From: Gnetum montanum
Lineage: Eukaryota; Plantae; Gnetophyta
Assembly (NCBI GenBank): GCA_015680685.1
Contig: MNCI01001077.1
Location: 675,037-739,036, forward strand
Length of the DNA stretch: 64,000 nt
Reading direction: 5' to 3'
Below are positions 1 to 13,341 of the stretch, piece by piece. The notes under the pieces are model-generated. The model searched no databases and had not been told where the DNA came from. It saw nothing but the letters and a program-made list of their open reading frames with translations. Each line of letters opens with the position of its first letter. Position 1 is the stretch's first letter. Position numbers and translations under genes: made by a program.

Positions 1-253
1 TAGGAACTCTCAACAACTCATAGTACTTAGCAAAGTTGTCTGAATCTCTTTAAGATAAGTCATTTGTAGTTTACACACAATGTAGTCATTTCATATTTCA
101 TAACCGCACACCGCAATAGCACACACACATACTCAGATTAACTACTGAGTCTATTTGGAGGTATCTGGGCCTTGGTGTTGCCAGAGACTAGCAAGCACCT
201 AAATCCTATTCGAGGACACTCATTGGCGGTTGCATCCCAAATGGTCGCCAACA
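1..253 (+). mobile_element. Probable 3' end of an unrelated LTR inserted into the HAD-like exon of B's accessory gene
   Basis: Homology to the D copy (GGCATCCTGAGATA at ~43673) starts abruptly at 254. The preceding sequence ends ...GGTCGCCAACA, an LTR-like CA terminus. The other end is outside the window. Confidence 0.45.
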
Positions 254-3200
254 GGCATCCTGAGATATCTTTTAGATAATGTGACCACAATCAAGCCAGG
301 AGGAGGGTCTACCCAACACTCCACAAGTTTGAGATGTTTGGCTTGGATTTGGGATATGCTGGAATACCAGTGTTATCATCCTTACAACACATTATACCTC
401 GTGCGCCATGTGGCGACATACTTTCAGAACCCACAGGGGACCATCTACTATATTGGTGGGTGAGTTTCACGTCTTTACTTTTCTTGGTTGTGCAACGTCA
501 GCAACGCTTGGCTAAGAGTTAATAGTGTGCGCTTGTCACCAGGTTCTATCTTGATGATGGCAGGATTCATGATCAGTTGGGTGAGTTGGCCACAACACAA
601 CTAGCCCTATAGGAATTTGCCTCAGCCAGGAGCCTGTGGGTAGTCATGATTGCTCCTTGCAGGGAAGGATACCGTTCCTACCTACACACACTCACCTCTT
701 TCTACAGTAATTTTAGGATGAAGGGTTGGTTGGAAAAGGAGTGGAGAGAACCATTTAAGCATGTTACGCTCGAAGCAATCTTGGCAGCTGAACTCCCACT
801 ATTCCCCTCACCGTATAGACCTGGTGGGTTAACAAGTGGGTGCCGCAGGCTCAAGTTTTTTTTTGCATAGTTTCTTCTCTCTTTTATGTCAAGCATGTTT
901 TGTGATCATCGCTACAGGAGTGAAGAAGCCTCATGAAGTGATGGTGGTGATTCCAAAAAGGCAAGGGGTAGACATTTACTTCAAATATGGTGAAGTATCG
1001 GCAAGCCAAAGCTGGCTAGAACGAGGGGCCCTAGGCCCTTTTCTCAGAAGAATCCAGATGGCTAGGCTTATGGATTTGTTTATGTCACCGAATCCAGGCA
1101 TCCCTACTACTGAGATGCTTTCCTTTGTCAATTCCTTTTCTAGGCAAGTGAGTCGCTTTCGCACATATGTGCAAGGTGTGCGGGTGGTCATTGACATCAA
1201 TGACTAGCTATTTGTAGATTTGTTTGGCATTCCCACTGATGGCACCGATGTGATGTCAAAGGGCAAGTAGGAGTTGATCCTTCAGAAGTAGCATATTGAG
1301 GAGTGGCTAAGGCTCACCAAGGAGTAGAAAGGGTTCCCTATGGACAAGCTTAAGGATAGTCTTGCCATGGGGATATACCCGATCTTTCGTGCCCGTGCAT
1401 TCCCTCAACTGCTCACCCAAGGGAAGGTCTTGGGGCTTGATTAGGCTTGGGTAATATCGGAAGTCGTGGAGGAAGGAGCCTATTATAACTGGGCCGAGTT
1501 CCTATGTAGTGGTTTGCAGGGTGAGATTTTGGGGCTCCATGAGCAAATGGAGTCGCACTCTAACATACACTATGCTTTCTACATAGGCTATTTAAAGTGC
1601 TTTGTAGAGTTCTTGGTGGTCCAGTAGGATGAAGTCTAGTTCAAGATAGATCATGAACAGATTTCCAAGCCATGGATTCAATAGGTCCTTTGGACCATGC
1701 AAGCCCAGGCTCCCCCGAAGATGGTTGGGGATTCATTTTCTGTAATGACTAAAGGTCTAGCAGTTCGTAGCGCTTGCCGCCAGGACAGTGTAGGGGAGAC
1801 CCCCCCTACCATACTCAGCAACATGACACAAGGTGAGAGTCTCAAGGCTGAGACCATGCCTACGGTGTTGCAGAGAAAGAGACCTCCCATGAAGAGGAAC
1901 GAAGACTGTGGTTCAAGTCGCATTGAACGCAACCCCCCATTGGTGAGCATTTAGGGAGCCTGGTATTCTATGCTTAGTTAGGTGGCGCTTTGTAGCATGG
2001 TATCAGTTTTGAGTTAACCTGTCTTGATTTGTCATGTGTATACCCTTTTGTGGGTAGAAGAAGGCGACAAGGAAGTGTCGGCCCTCAGAATGGGGGCGAC
2101 AAATAAAGATGCGAGGGCCCCGGCTTTGGAAGAAAGGGGCCCGGCTAGGAATAATGGAGCTCTTGTCTCCAGAGTAGGGGCTCTTGCTATTAGGGAGCCT
2201 CTTCCTACCAATGAAGAGGTGCCTCCTTGAAATAAAAAATATGCTACTCTCCTGAAAGAAAAAGCACCAACGTATGAGGTAGGAGTTTCTATGGAGTTGG
2301 CTAGGCCTTCTACCGAACCTACCGCGATTGTCTTGCACCAGCAAGAAACAAGATAGTAGTCGGATGCTGGTGAGTTTAGGCTTTGGATGTGCCTTACCAT
2401 AATCCATTCTAGCCATTGCTAAGATACTTAATCATGTAACAGGTGCTACTGATGATGTCTTAGGACCTCCTCCACCCTAGACGAAGTCATGGGCTGAAGT
2501 TCCTAACAAGTTTACGTTTGTTCAGGGGCTTGTTGATGACATGATCAAATGCCTTCAATAGGCAAATCCTCGTGTGTGTAAGTAAGAGTGTTGACAGCCC
2601 CTATGCTACTACGCTGAAACTCTTGGATGTATTGGTTTATGTCATGTTAACGTGATTGTTAAAATTTCTACGTTGAACAGCCTCTCAGCTCAAATGGGAC
2701 CCAACTCGATCTATGGAGATTGGCACGGTTCCCACACTCTCGTCTTATGTGACCGAAGTGTCTCATCATATATTTGATGATGCTTACAAATGTGTCTTGC
2801 ACTCGGCATGCTCTTTATGGGAATGTAGATGTACCAACCAGGAACTGTGAAAACGGGTCCACAAGGGTGTGCAGAGAGAGGCAGAACTAGTCACCAAGGT
2901 AGAGAACCTCAGGTCAAGGATCAATTTCCTCATAAACCATAATCCTAATCTTGTTGATTTGTAGAGGGTTGTAGAGGACTACACTAGTTTTTGGACTGTC
3001 ATCCATCAAAATGTAGAATCCACCCGCGAAATAATCGAATAGCAGATGTAGATGGATTTGCTAGCCTAGAAGTGCCAAGATATGAAGGACATCAGCGCGA
3101 AGGTCTTTGAATGGGGGAAGACCCAGAGGGATCATAAATATACATAAAAGCTAGAAAATGAAACCTATCGAAGGTTGTATAAAGATGCTGCTGTGGAGGC

Positions 3201-3721
3201 ATTCTCGTACGAGACATTCGTGAAGGCCATCGGCACTTTTGAGGCCTATGCCAAGTTTAAAGAACAGGTGAAGGTCATGGAATCTCTGGACTTGGGGGTG
3301 TCCCTTCCTACAGGAGAGACCGCAACTACCTCTCTTTCCTAGGAACCTCTAAAGTGGACAACTTTGGAAAGGGAGAAAGTTTCCGCTGTGAATGCTGAAC
3401 CTAGTGACAAGCGTTGGATGGATATTTCGATAGAGGATATTGAACATCATCTCAGGCTTGGTCTAGACCAGATACCACTTATGACCAATGCAAGCTTCCC
3501 TCAGGTTAGTTGCTTTAATGCTTTGCTACAACTATCATTTATCACATTTGTTGTCCCTAATAACTATATTTTTTTTTGGGATACAGGCTCTCAAAGAAGG
3601 TGTGAGGTTCGTGGAGGGAAGGAATGAGGCGTCGATAGGGGAAAATATAGGAGCAGGTGATGCAAAAGTGGATGAAGTAAGGAAAAATGGTGAAGGTGAT
3701 GCGAACAAAGATAACTCATGA
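254..3721 (+). pseudogene. Antisense accessory gene of element B (end of HAD/FCP1-like domain, PMD/Transposase_32-like domain, coiled coil); 7 exons visible
   Basis: GT-AG introns at 460-542, 824-917, 1943-2057, 2370-2442, 2578-2680 and 3505-3586. Splicing joins ORF-track frames 230..463, 646..870 and 836..1207, and 3364..3627 with 3488..3721. Collinear with 43420-47198. Many in-frame stops. Confidence 0.8.
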
Positions 3722-4099
3722 GAGCATGGGTCTCAACTCCCCCTCTTTCTCCTTTTTTTTTCTTTTTTTTTTGAAAGAATTTATAGACACTACCAATAGG
3801 CAAAACATTTTGAATGGAATGAAAGACTTCAGAAAGGAAACCGATTTTGTATTATCATGTGTGTTATGTAAAGTTTTCATGCTCTTGTATGCTAGTTTTG
3901 GGACATTTCAGGTTGTTTGTTAGTTTTAGGCCATTTTGGGTCATTGCGTAATGAGTAAAGTGAAAGGTGATAATGCTAGTTTTAGGCTATTTCAAGTCGT
4001 TGACACATGTAGCATGCTGAAAGGACGACATACTAACAAGCTAAGTAGAAAGAGAATATGCGAGGATGGTGACTGGGTGGGAGGTCATAAGGCTGCTAT

Positions 4100-7000
4100 G
4101 CTATGCATAGTTGCCTCTTGACCTTTTGTGGGTTGATCAAGACGTAAGGTCGAGGTGTTCCACCAGAGCCTTTGCTCGTGTCACTATCCTTCACTTGAAA
4201 GGGCAACTCCACCCATGCATTTTTGATTTGAGGGTTACCTCATTGGGCGAATCCCTTCGTTGCATGATTGGTGAATGCATGAACAGGTGCTTCATCTTCA
4301 AATCTTGTAACCTCTGAACCCTACTTCATGTTTACGTTGTTGATTGCTTGCGTTACCACCCCATCACCATGGATTATCACCTCCCTACACATGTATGGTG
4401 AGTGAATTTCTTGGTTTATAGGTAAGGAGATGGCCCTAAGTTGTGCTAACAATGATCTTCCCAAGATTAGGTTAAACTCGGGCATTTCTTTGACCATGAA
4501 GAACGTTGCATCTATGGGGAGCTCATTCCCTGCTATGAAGATTACATGAACTGTGCCCTTCACCAGGACATATGCCCCGTTGAAGGACCACAAACATGAT
4601 GTTACCATTGGTTTTATCTAGTTGACCAACCCCATGGTATCTATAATAGGAAAGGAGATGACATTTGTGGCTACCCCATCATCGACATGTACCCTTCAGA
4701 TTTGGTATTGGCCGACCTGAATTGTAATGAAGAGAGGCACCATAGTTACTTAACCTCCTTTGGGATCTTTCTTAATGGCATCGTTGCAAAACGTTAATTG
4801 AGGTATTACAGACTCCATCGGTATAGAGGGGTGTATGACTGAGTGGATCGCTTTCTCGTGTACCGGAATGTTTTCGTTGACCAGAATTGCCGTTAACATG
4901 CGGACTAGAGCCTCGCAGTGAGGGGCAGATGTCATGACTAGGTCGTATAGGCTTAACGTAATGTTTTTCTACCTTAGGGCTTGCCCAACCTAGATGAGGG
5001 CATCCAAGAAGTCTTGGCCACCCATCTATTTGACACGCTCCTCCTTGATTCTCCCTAGAAGATGAATCTCCCGAGGGGAGATGGCCCCGGACCTAGGTTC
5101 AAATTTTTGGTGGCAAGATGCCACAAGCTGTGTAATTGCGTTAACCTTCATCTTTGGTGACAAAGGTGTAAAATTAAAGGGCAAAGGTGTAGTTTTGGAG
5201 ATACTTTTGATGGTATTCCGCTTCGATGCCTTGCCCACCAAGTAGGTTTCTCACGTTGTGGGACGAGGCGGTTGTTTAATGTTATCGCATGGGATGGGGA
5301 CTGTCGAACACATCACCCCCCTAATGATGAATGGAGCTAGAGGTGTTAGTTGATGGGGTCGTGTGGCCCTACCAACAGGTGATGTAGACATAGATGCCCA
5401 TGGTGGGACTTTCAGGATGAAGGACAACTGCGAGCTTGGACCATCCATTGGTGGCATTGGTGCACTATGCTGAGGTACATGAATCACAAATGGCTGGAAG
5501 GGTGGCATGGGAATTGGTTTTTAGGATGTACTAGGCTACTTTCATCTGGAACCAACTATTCTAGGTCAATCAATCTTTGGATGCCATCTTGCAACGACAG
5601 ACAATAATCCATGGTGTGACCACATAGTTGATGGTAGTTGCAAAACCTATCTAGTCTGAAACCCCCTAGGAACCAGAGGCTCATTGGGAAGGACTAAAGA
5701 GGGATTCTTAAGGAGCTCACAGTAGCATCGATGTCTCATGTTTTCTTCCTCTGACATCTGCTTGTGTTGGATGTATCCTGCTGCCAATAGTTTCTTTAGG
5801 AGTTCTGAAGGTTTGAGAGGCATCGGGGTGTATTTCGAACGATCTTTACATTCAAGGTTAGGTTTGGTATATGCAGATGTCTCAGGCATGGCAGGTTGTG
5901 ATGCTTGGCCTAGTTTGGACATAGGGTCATCCGTAGGCATGGACAGTTTCTTGTTATTTTTTCTTCTGCTATTGCTATGTTTGGGTTTAGCCTCAGCTGC
6001 CATAGTAGCCACCATGGTTGTCGGGGCCTTACCCTTGTCCTTTTTTGCAAAACTGTTCTTGTAAATAACGTAAGTTCTGTCTTTGCTTGCCTCAGCCACA
6101 TCTTGTATATCTTTTTTCCAAGCAAAAGCTTGGCTAAGTGAGCGTGGAGCTAGGTAATATAGTTTTGACTTGATGAAGTCGTTCACTGCACCCTTAAAGA
6201 TGACTAACAAGTGAGCCTTTGCAACAGGTTCACGGATTTCGTTAAGGGTTGCGCTCCAACGTTCAATGGATTTTTGGACTGGTTTTAGTAGATCTTTCTT
6301 TACACTCATCAGCTAATCTAGCATGGTTTCTAGCTTCAAGTTATATTTGAAACGTGTCACAAACTAGGTCAAGAGTTCTTCCAAAGTCGAAATGAACGAA
6401 CGTGGCAACGTGTGATACCAATCTAGGGCTTTCCCAGCTAGGAACATGGCAAAGATGCGAATGATCGTATGTGGCCATTGTTGTAGAAACAAAGACTCTG
6501 ACTGGAAGGTGACGAGATCTATATTGGGATCTCCTTCTACGTCATACTTCATGAAGTACGGGAGGAACATCCTGGGTGGTAATATCAAAGCAGGGATTGC
6601 AGGGTTGATGGGGTCATCTTGGTAAAAATCCATGACTTGTATCGTATCGAACCCAACAGCTTTGAGGCTTTTTACTTCATTGGTTATGGTTTGAATGAGC
6701 TAAAATTCTTGGACCAGACCTAGTGACATTGTAGAAGGCTGAGGAACTATGAAGGAAACTCGCATATGTGGCATGGTAGCGGTGGCGATTTGATCCATCG
6801 GCTATGCTGTTGGGGCTGCCCCTGCTAAAGGTGCTATTTACGTTGCCCACCATCTAGTGGAAGGTATTATTGGAGTAGTAATAGTGGGTTGCATTGCCAG
6901 ATAGGCCACTTGGATCACCAGCAGGACAGCCCATGGCCCCATGCCAGGATGAACCATTTGCGGGGTTGAGTAGGCCTGAGGGCGAACGAAGTCAGACATC

Positions 7001-7563
7001 TACGACAACTGTGAAACAGAGGAAGAAGCGAATGGATTTCACCATGTGGATGGGCCTGGGCGCATCATAGTGGGTGGAATGGATGCATATGTAGGAATTG
7101 GTATAGGAGTTATGTGTGGTTGCAAAGTAGGTACAGTATGGACATGCGGTAGGGTAGCCGTGATAGGCATGTTGCGTATTGTGGTAACATGCTGAGAAAT
7201 AGTTTGCGGTGGCACAGTTGCTACAGGTGCAACCGGGGGATAGGGGTGATGAGGTGCTAGGAATGTAGCATGGATACCCATTGCAATTGTTGCTGTAGGC
7301 TGCTGAAGCATGGACGTGATCACAAAGGAGGCGGTTACAGGTAGTGGGTTTGCCTAGAAGGACTAGGTAGGCGGGACAGGAATGGGGATGGCTGGGCCTC
7401 CCTCTTCATATTGGAAATGGAGCTCCTCCTACCCATCTTAAAAGGCATCATCCTGGTTGGACACTATGTGTTGTTGCTTCCTAAGACTTGTCAACTAGAT
7501 TAGTTGATCTAGCAACCTTTGGTACGCTTGTGTTATAGGCATAGAAATGCCCTGGTTAGGAGC
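4100..7563 (-). pseudogene. gag: gag-protease of element B, main part
   Basis: ORFs 6364..6633 (capsid-like KYDVEGDP...AGKALDWY) and 5647..6309, knuckle near 5600-5645, protease VDDG near 4680, and FNLILGRS in 4321..4608. The 3' limit is approximate. Confidence 0.85.
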
Positions 7564-8872
7564 TGAAACACCACAAAATTTAGAGCTCAGTATTTGTCAG
7601 ACACCAAGAAGGACCTTGGGACCCACGAACGACATCGTCTGCATGAGATGTGACATACGACAACCTTGGGGATCGCAACCCTTAATTTTCACTAAGTGTG
7701 CAGTACCAGCGTATATGCCCAGCGTATACGCCCAACAGTACCAGCGTATACGCCCTGCATGGACGCCTAACACTCCCAGCATATATGCCCCAACATAGAA
7801 ATTCGGCCCACACACCCGGTGTACACGCCTTGCCTGTACGCCACAGATGCACACGCCCGACGATGAAGTCTCAATGACAGCATGAAGATAACACCAAAGA
7901 GCAAGGATTGAAGCAAGTGGACATCCTTCAGCGTATACGCCCAGCGTATATGCCCAGCGTATACGCCTGGCATCCTCCAGCGTATACGCCCTGCACCCCC
8001 AGCGTATATGCCCTGCACCCCCAGTGTATACGCCCTGCACCCGTAGCGTATACGCCCTACATCTGCGAGCATATATGCCCGGCGTATACGCCCAGCGCAG
8101 CATCTCCACCCAAGTTCATACGCCCGCCTCATTCAGCGTATACGCCGCCTCACACGGCATATACACCCAGCGTATATGCCCGACAGATGTAATATATTGT
8201 ATTTTTGTAAAGTATGTGCACCCGGTCAATGCGCCACATGTCTCCTAACCTGAGTCTAGCGTAACAACCTATATATAAACCCCGATTTCCCACTTCACAG
8301 AGGTCGGTTGGCAAAATCCTGGAGCACATCAGAGAAAATTTATACTATGCACAAGAGCCGAAACTAGCTTCCCCTGGAGAGCCCTGTACGCCGTACACAG
8401 GGTCTCTACGCTCCGCCTGTCTTGCGAACCAGCCGAGTCATTCCTGCATATGCCGGGGCTTTTCATCCGCTTTGTGTCCCTCACAACTACGTTAAACCGA
8501 TGCACTATACTTTGACTCTGTAATACCATTTTTTACATTTGTAGCACAAGATTTTTTACATTTTACAGTTTGACGTCAACTTGGCCCACGCATTCTGTTC
8601 ACACTCGTTTACGCTCACGCTCTATTCGCATTCGTTTTACGCCATTTACACTTTGTTCACGCTCGCTACATCGTTTATGCATAACCTAGCGTATAGCACT
8701 TTGCGTACGCGTGAGGAAATCCTTGTCTGATCCCCGTGCCGACTACCCAAGGTACTCTGCCTTTGTGCATTCCAGCTCACCCTTAGGTGAAGGCAGGGTC
8801 TTCTATTCTCGTCCTGCGATCTCACGGTCTCTGTTTCCTTCCAGCCAGAGACCGACGATTTAAGGCGGTACA
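7564..8872 (+). repeat. 5' LTR of A (~1.3 kb)
   Basis: TGAAACACCACAAAA...GGCGGTACA. Direct repeat of 23575-24870. TATATATAAA near 8270. Confidence 0.93.
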
Positions 8873-8877
8873 GAAAT

Positions 8878-8894
8878 TGGTGCTAGAAGGAGGG
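8878..8894 (+). promoter_or_regulatory. Primer binding site complementary to the tRNA-Asn 3' end
   Basis: TGGTGCTAGAAGGAGGG, 5 nt after the LTR. Matches the complement of plant tRNA-Asn ...CCCTCCTTCTAGCGCCA (recalled from memory) with one C>T. Confidence 0.85.
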
Positions 8895-9456
8895 CCTCCT
8901 AAAACCCTTACCTGCAAATCCCCAGGGTTTACGCTGTCAAGTGTTTACACCGCCAACTACAAACCACTGCCTACTAAAACTCTTCAGCGTCTAAGCGACC
9001 CAGTCCAAAAACCCAGCCTACAACTGTTTAGCGTTGACGCTGTACATTGTTTACGCCCTCAAAACTTTGCTCAGAAACTCCTACGTTGCTTTGTTTTACG
9101 CTAGCTCCTATTTGAAGCTATGACCTATTTTACGCTCTCCTGTTATATGCTAGCACCTATTTTACGCCCAATTGCTTTACGCTGTGACCTGTTTTATGCC
9201 CAACTGCTTTACGCTGTGACTTGTTTTATGCTAGCTTCCGTTTTACGCTATGACACGCTCCTATATTACACCGTCCTGTTTTACGCCATGATCCTTCTTA
9301 GGCTGTATACGCTCCCCAGCATCGACGCTGACCATATACATTGTATACGTTGTATACGTCGTTACCATACGCTCTCAATTAAAGCGTATACGCTGCACGC
9401 TACATAACACATTAACTTCGCATCTTCAGACCGATTTATATTCGTGACACAGCATC

Positions 9457-12400
9457 ATGAACCCCGCAAACAACAACGCTGTCACTACTCAAACCACCAC
9501 CACCATGGACATCACAGCCATCCACTATCCTGTCGCACAGCACTCAGGGGTGCAACCTATAGCGGGGCCCCGCCGGTCACTAAGGTTACAGGGGAGAGAT
9601 CTAGCCTCCAACATCATCACCCAGGACCAGTATAATTTCATATGTGTTAAATACAAGCTATCCTGGCTGTTGACTGAGCTAAAATGAAAGTAAAGAGGCA
9701 GTTTGAACTCTTTTACAGGGCAGGACACAAGTTCACCCCTTCCCCATATGATGTAATCCTAGTTCCGGAGCAGTATTCGAAGCTCGTCACACAACTCCTC
9801 CTGCAAAGGAGCCACATGTTGGATCGGTATGCACTAGAACCCAAACCAGAAGAGAAGGATGACTTCGCCACTCAATCCGAGCACGAGGACTCCTACCACA
9901 CTCTTAGCCCGCAAGCCCAGGCTAACCTCATTTTTCATCCAGAAATAGGGGAAATCCTGCCCCTCCAGCATCTGGGGTTCACCCAGGCTCAAGCACCACC
10001 ACCTGAAACAGCAGTGCTAGTGCATATTCCTCTCCCTAGCGATTCCCAACTTAACACTTTTCCTCCCACAATCATCCCTGCTGGAGCTGCGGGTTTGTCC
10101 TCGCAAGCACCGCCCCCTCACACTGGCGTGGGGGTGACGCTCCCACCCCGCGTGATAGGGATGCCCCTCAATGGCCGTAACCCAACAAGGAGCCCCTTCG
10201 CATAACGTGATTGGGCAATGGCCACTGATGGATGCCTCATCACACAAACCCTCTCACACCCACATGCCACACTATACCATTCCACTAGTCTATATTCCCT
10301 AGGTACAGCCCCAACCGCAGCAACAACAACATTTCCCATACAATGTGCCATCCTTAGTGCAGACCACTGTAACCTTTCCACAAGCACAACCACCACCCAC
10401 GCAGCTTTCGGCCTTTCAGCCCACCATACAACAATCTAACTTATATAATATACCACAGCCTCAAGCTGCTGCGTCACCAAGCAGCCAAGACTGGGTGGAT
10501 GCCAGGAAATTAATGCAAGAACTTACTGACGAGGTAAAGCGCCTCAAAACGGCCGCCGACGGGGAGTTGAAAGTAGTAGATTTCTATAACGATGACCCCA
10601 TCAGCTCCTCTGTCCCACCTTTGACCTTGCCCAAAGGCATCTCCTTACCGACATTGACCAAATATAACAGGGAGAAGGACCCTAATGCCCATTTGATAAC
10701 ATTTAGATTAGAATGTGCGTTGCTCTAGGCATGACCTCATGCTATTCTATGAGTGTTCCCCATGTCCCTCGCGGGAAGGGCACTCGACTGGTATCGAGCC
10801 TTGCCTAGGAACTCTATCTTCTCCTTGGAGGATTTTTTATGCACGTTTGTGACCCGGTTCAAGTACAACTTGAAACCTGAGGCCATGCTAGACAGCCTCA
10901 TACAGGTCAAGCAAGCACCGCTTGAACCTGTACAGAAGTTTATTCAGAGATGGAGTGCGGCTCTCAATGAGCTACACGAACCAATCTCCCAAACTTATCT
11001 ACTTACAATTCTAAAGGGGGCTATCAACGATTTCTTCAAGTCCAAATTATATTACCTTAATCTGCATGATCTTAACCAGGCATTTGCACAGATCAAGAAC
11101 ATAGAGGAAGCGGCTCAAAATAGCCATGACCCGGCATACTTGACCTTCAAAAATCGACATACTAAAAAGGATAAAGAGAAGGCCAAGACAACTATAGCAG
11201 TAATAGCAGAAGCCCAACAAACGAACATCACCAACCAACAAAAATCACCCGCAACCCCTACTAACTACTATAAACCCACTCCCACAACAGCCCTGGAGTC
11301 ATCATCATCCCAGAACCCAACAAACCGTACACGCAATTTCAAGAGGAAAGAACCCTCTCAATACACGCCTCTGATGATGAAACCGTCCCAGCTCTTTGAT
11401 CAACTCCTGAAAGCTGGGCTGATGAAACATAAGCAGTTATCCCCGGCGGCCATCCAAAGATATGATCAGTTCCTGCCAACTCGTACAGAACCCAAGCTTA
11501 GCAACGCTAGATGAGCCACCAGTACCTAAAGGTTTTAGGATGGATCGTTTCTGCGATTACCATCAATGCAACGGGCAAGGAACGGATTACTGCTTCACCT
11601 TGAAGCAGGATATCCAGTGGATGATCGACGATGGCCAAATCACTTTTGATGAAGCCAACCCGGTCCAGCCACAGAATCAGTCCATGGGGATTTACAAAGA
11701 TCCTCTGAATGCCAACGAGGCTCCATACGTTATTAGCACAATCTGCTTCGATGAGGATCCCGAGATGTCTAACATCAACACCGTTTACCCTAAGCATAAA
11801 CAAGAAACACCAGGTAGGCCCTTCATAATTCAGATTTCTCCCGCTGTCTCTGCATCCACACATCAACCACCACGTGCCCCCGAGCAGCCCTATATTGTCC
11901 GTATACCTTTAGCTGTACCTACATCCTCATAGCCGCCAACCCCTCATGCTCGACTTGCCCCCTTCGTATTCTGAGTACCACCAGCCATCGCAACAGCGGA
12001 GGTTCAACCTCCACTGAAACCAACCCCGTATGTTGTTAGGACATCTAAGAATCCTAACGATTGTCAAACCTCCACCTCACAGGCACAAGGCAAACCTCGC
12101 CCCTACATCATTAGGGTCCCTGGCTAGCCTTCGGCTCAAATGCCTCCCACTAACCAACCGCAATCCTGCCCGCCTCCATACTTGGTGTGCATCCCAAGGT
12201 AATCTGAGGCTCCGAGACCAGCTCCACCTCCACACCACACGCGAGAACGTTTAGCCGATAGGCTTACATGTGAACGCCTGGAGAAGGAACGCCAACAGTT
12301 AGCTCTGGGGCCACCTAAGCCTACTCCACTCAATTCCATACCTATGTCACCAACTAAGAATTAGTTAGACGTAGGTAGTCAAGGTGAACCGTCAAGACAA

Positions 12401-13341
12401 CATGAACCAGCAAAAACTATGACAACGAGCATGAATGATAGGCCGCCAAGACACGAAATAAAGCTGTTGGGCCCAATGGACCCAGTCATCGCTGATAAGA
12501 GCATCTCTAACAGTAGAGACTTTGCGATAGCTTTAACACAAGTCACCCAAGCATTGAAGCAAAAGAACACTTTTTTAAGCTTGTATAACTTGGTGTTAAT
12601 GTCCCAAACTCATCGGGAAGCCCTCGTACGCATGCTAACGTCGATCTCGGTCAATGAGGACTTGCCCCCGAGCGAACCTACCATTCATGCCGTAATGTAT
12701 CCATCCCACAGTGCCATCCCTAAACCCTTGAGCTTCCAGGATGACAACATCAAAGTGGACAAGAACACAGGGGAAATAAAAATAGTCCCCATGTTCATAA
12801 CAATACATATAAACCAATTCAAAATACATAAAGTCCACGTAGACGATGGGGCGGCCACAAACGTCGTACCATACCCCATCATTGAACAACTGGGGCTTAC
12901 CGACTTGATTAAACCAACCACAACAACATGTTTAAGGTCATTCAGCGGGTCACGTGTACTGGTCAAAGGCACGATAACCTTAGATTTCATAGCGGGAGAC
13001 CAGTTCCCCACANTATTGAACTCGACAAGACTAGCCAAAATGACACAAACAAATCACAACTGGTAGGCGTTAAACCTTTGAACATGGGACAAGACTCTTC
13101 TAAAACTGAAACACCTGCATCCAATACTCTACACACATCGCCTCATGAAGAAACCAACACAGAAACAACGACGGACACTGAAGCACTTGAAAATACCGAT
13201 ACCGAAAACATTCTAACGGACGTCTCCTGGACTGAATTGCCATTCAACATGATTAGCGAAGGAGACGCAGAATACAAAATCGTATCGGCTAATACACCCC
13301 TTGACATAGAAATAAAGAAAATCAAAAAACAATTAAAATAA
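9457..13341 (+). pseudogene. gag: gag-protease of A
   Basis: ORF pieces 9457..9687, 9684..10205, 10345..10728, 10753..11514 (SLAGRALDWY), 11462..11932 (FCDYHQCNG.GTDYC) and 12419..13066 (VHVDDGAATN). A single n at 13013 hides the PR C-terminus. Confidence 0.88.

Noticed and set aside
7547-8248. ORFs rich in AYTP/RIRW/VYA (also 23608-24327, 25524-26580, 30552-30915, 34139-35272)
   Set aside because: Translation artefacts of the GCGTATACGC motif arrays in noncoding DNA.
8873-8877. 5-6 nt gap between LTR and PBS as a novelty
   Set aside because: Longer LTR-PBS spacers are already known in Athila/Tat-type elements.
13005-13020. Biological truncation of A's protease
   Set aside because: It coincides with a single n. 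The missing ILGRSW segment is most likely hidden by an assembly gap.
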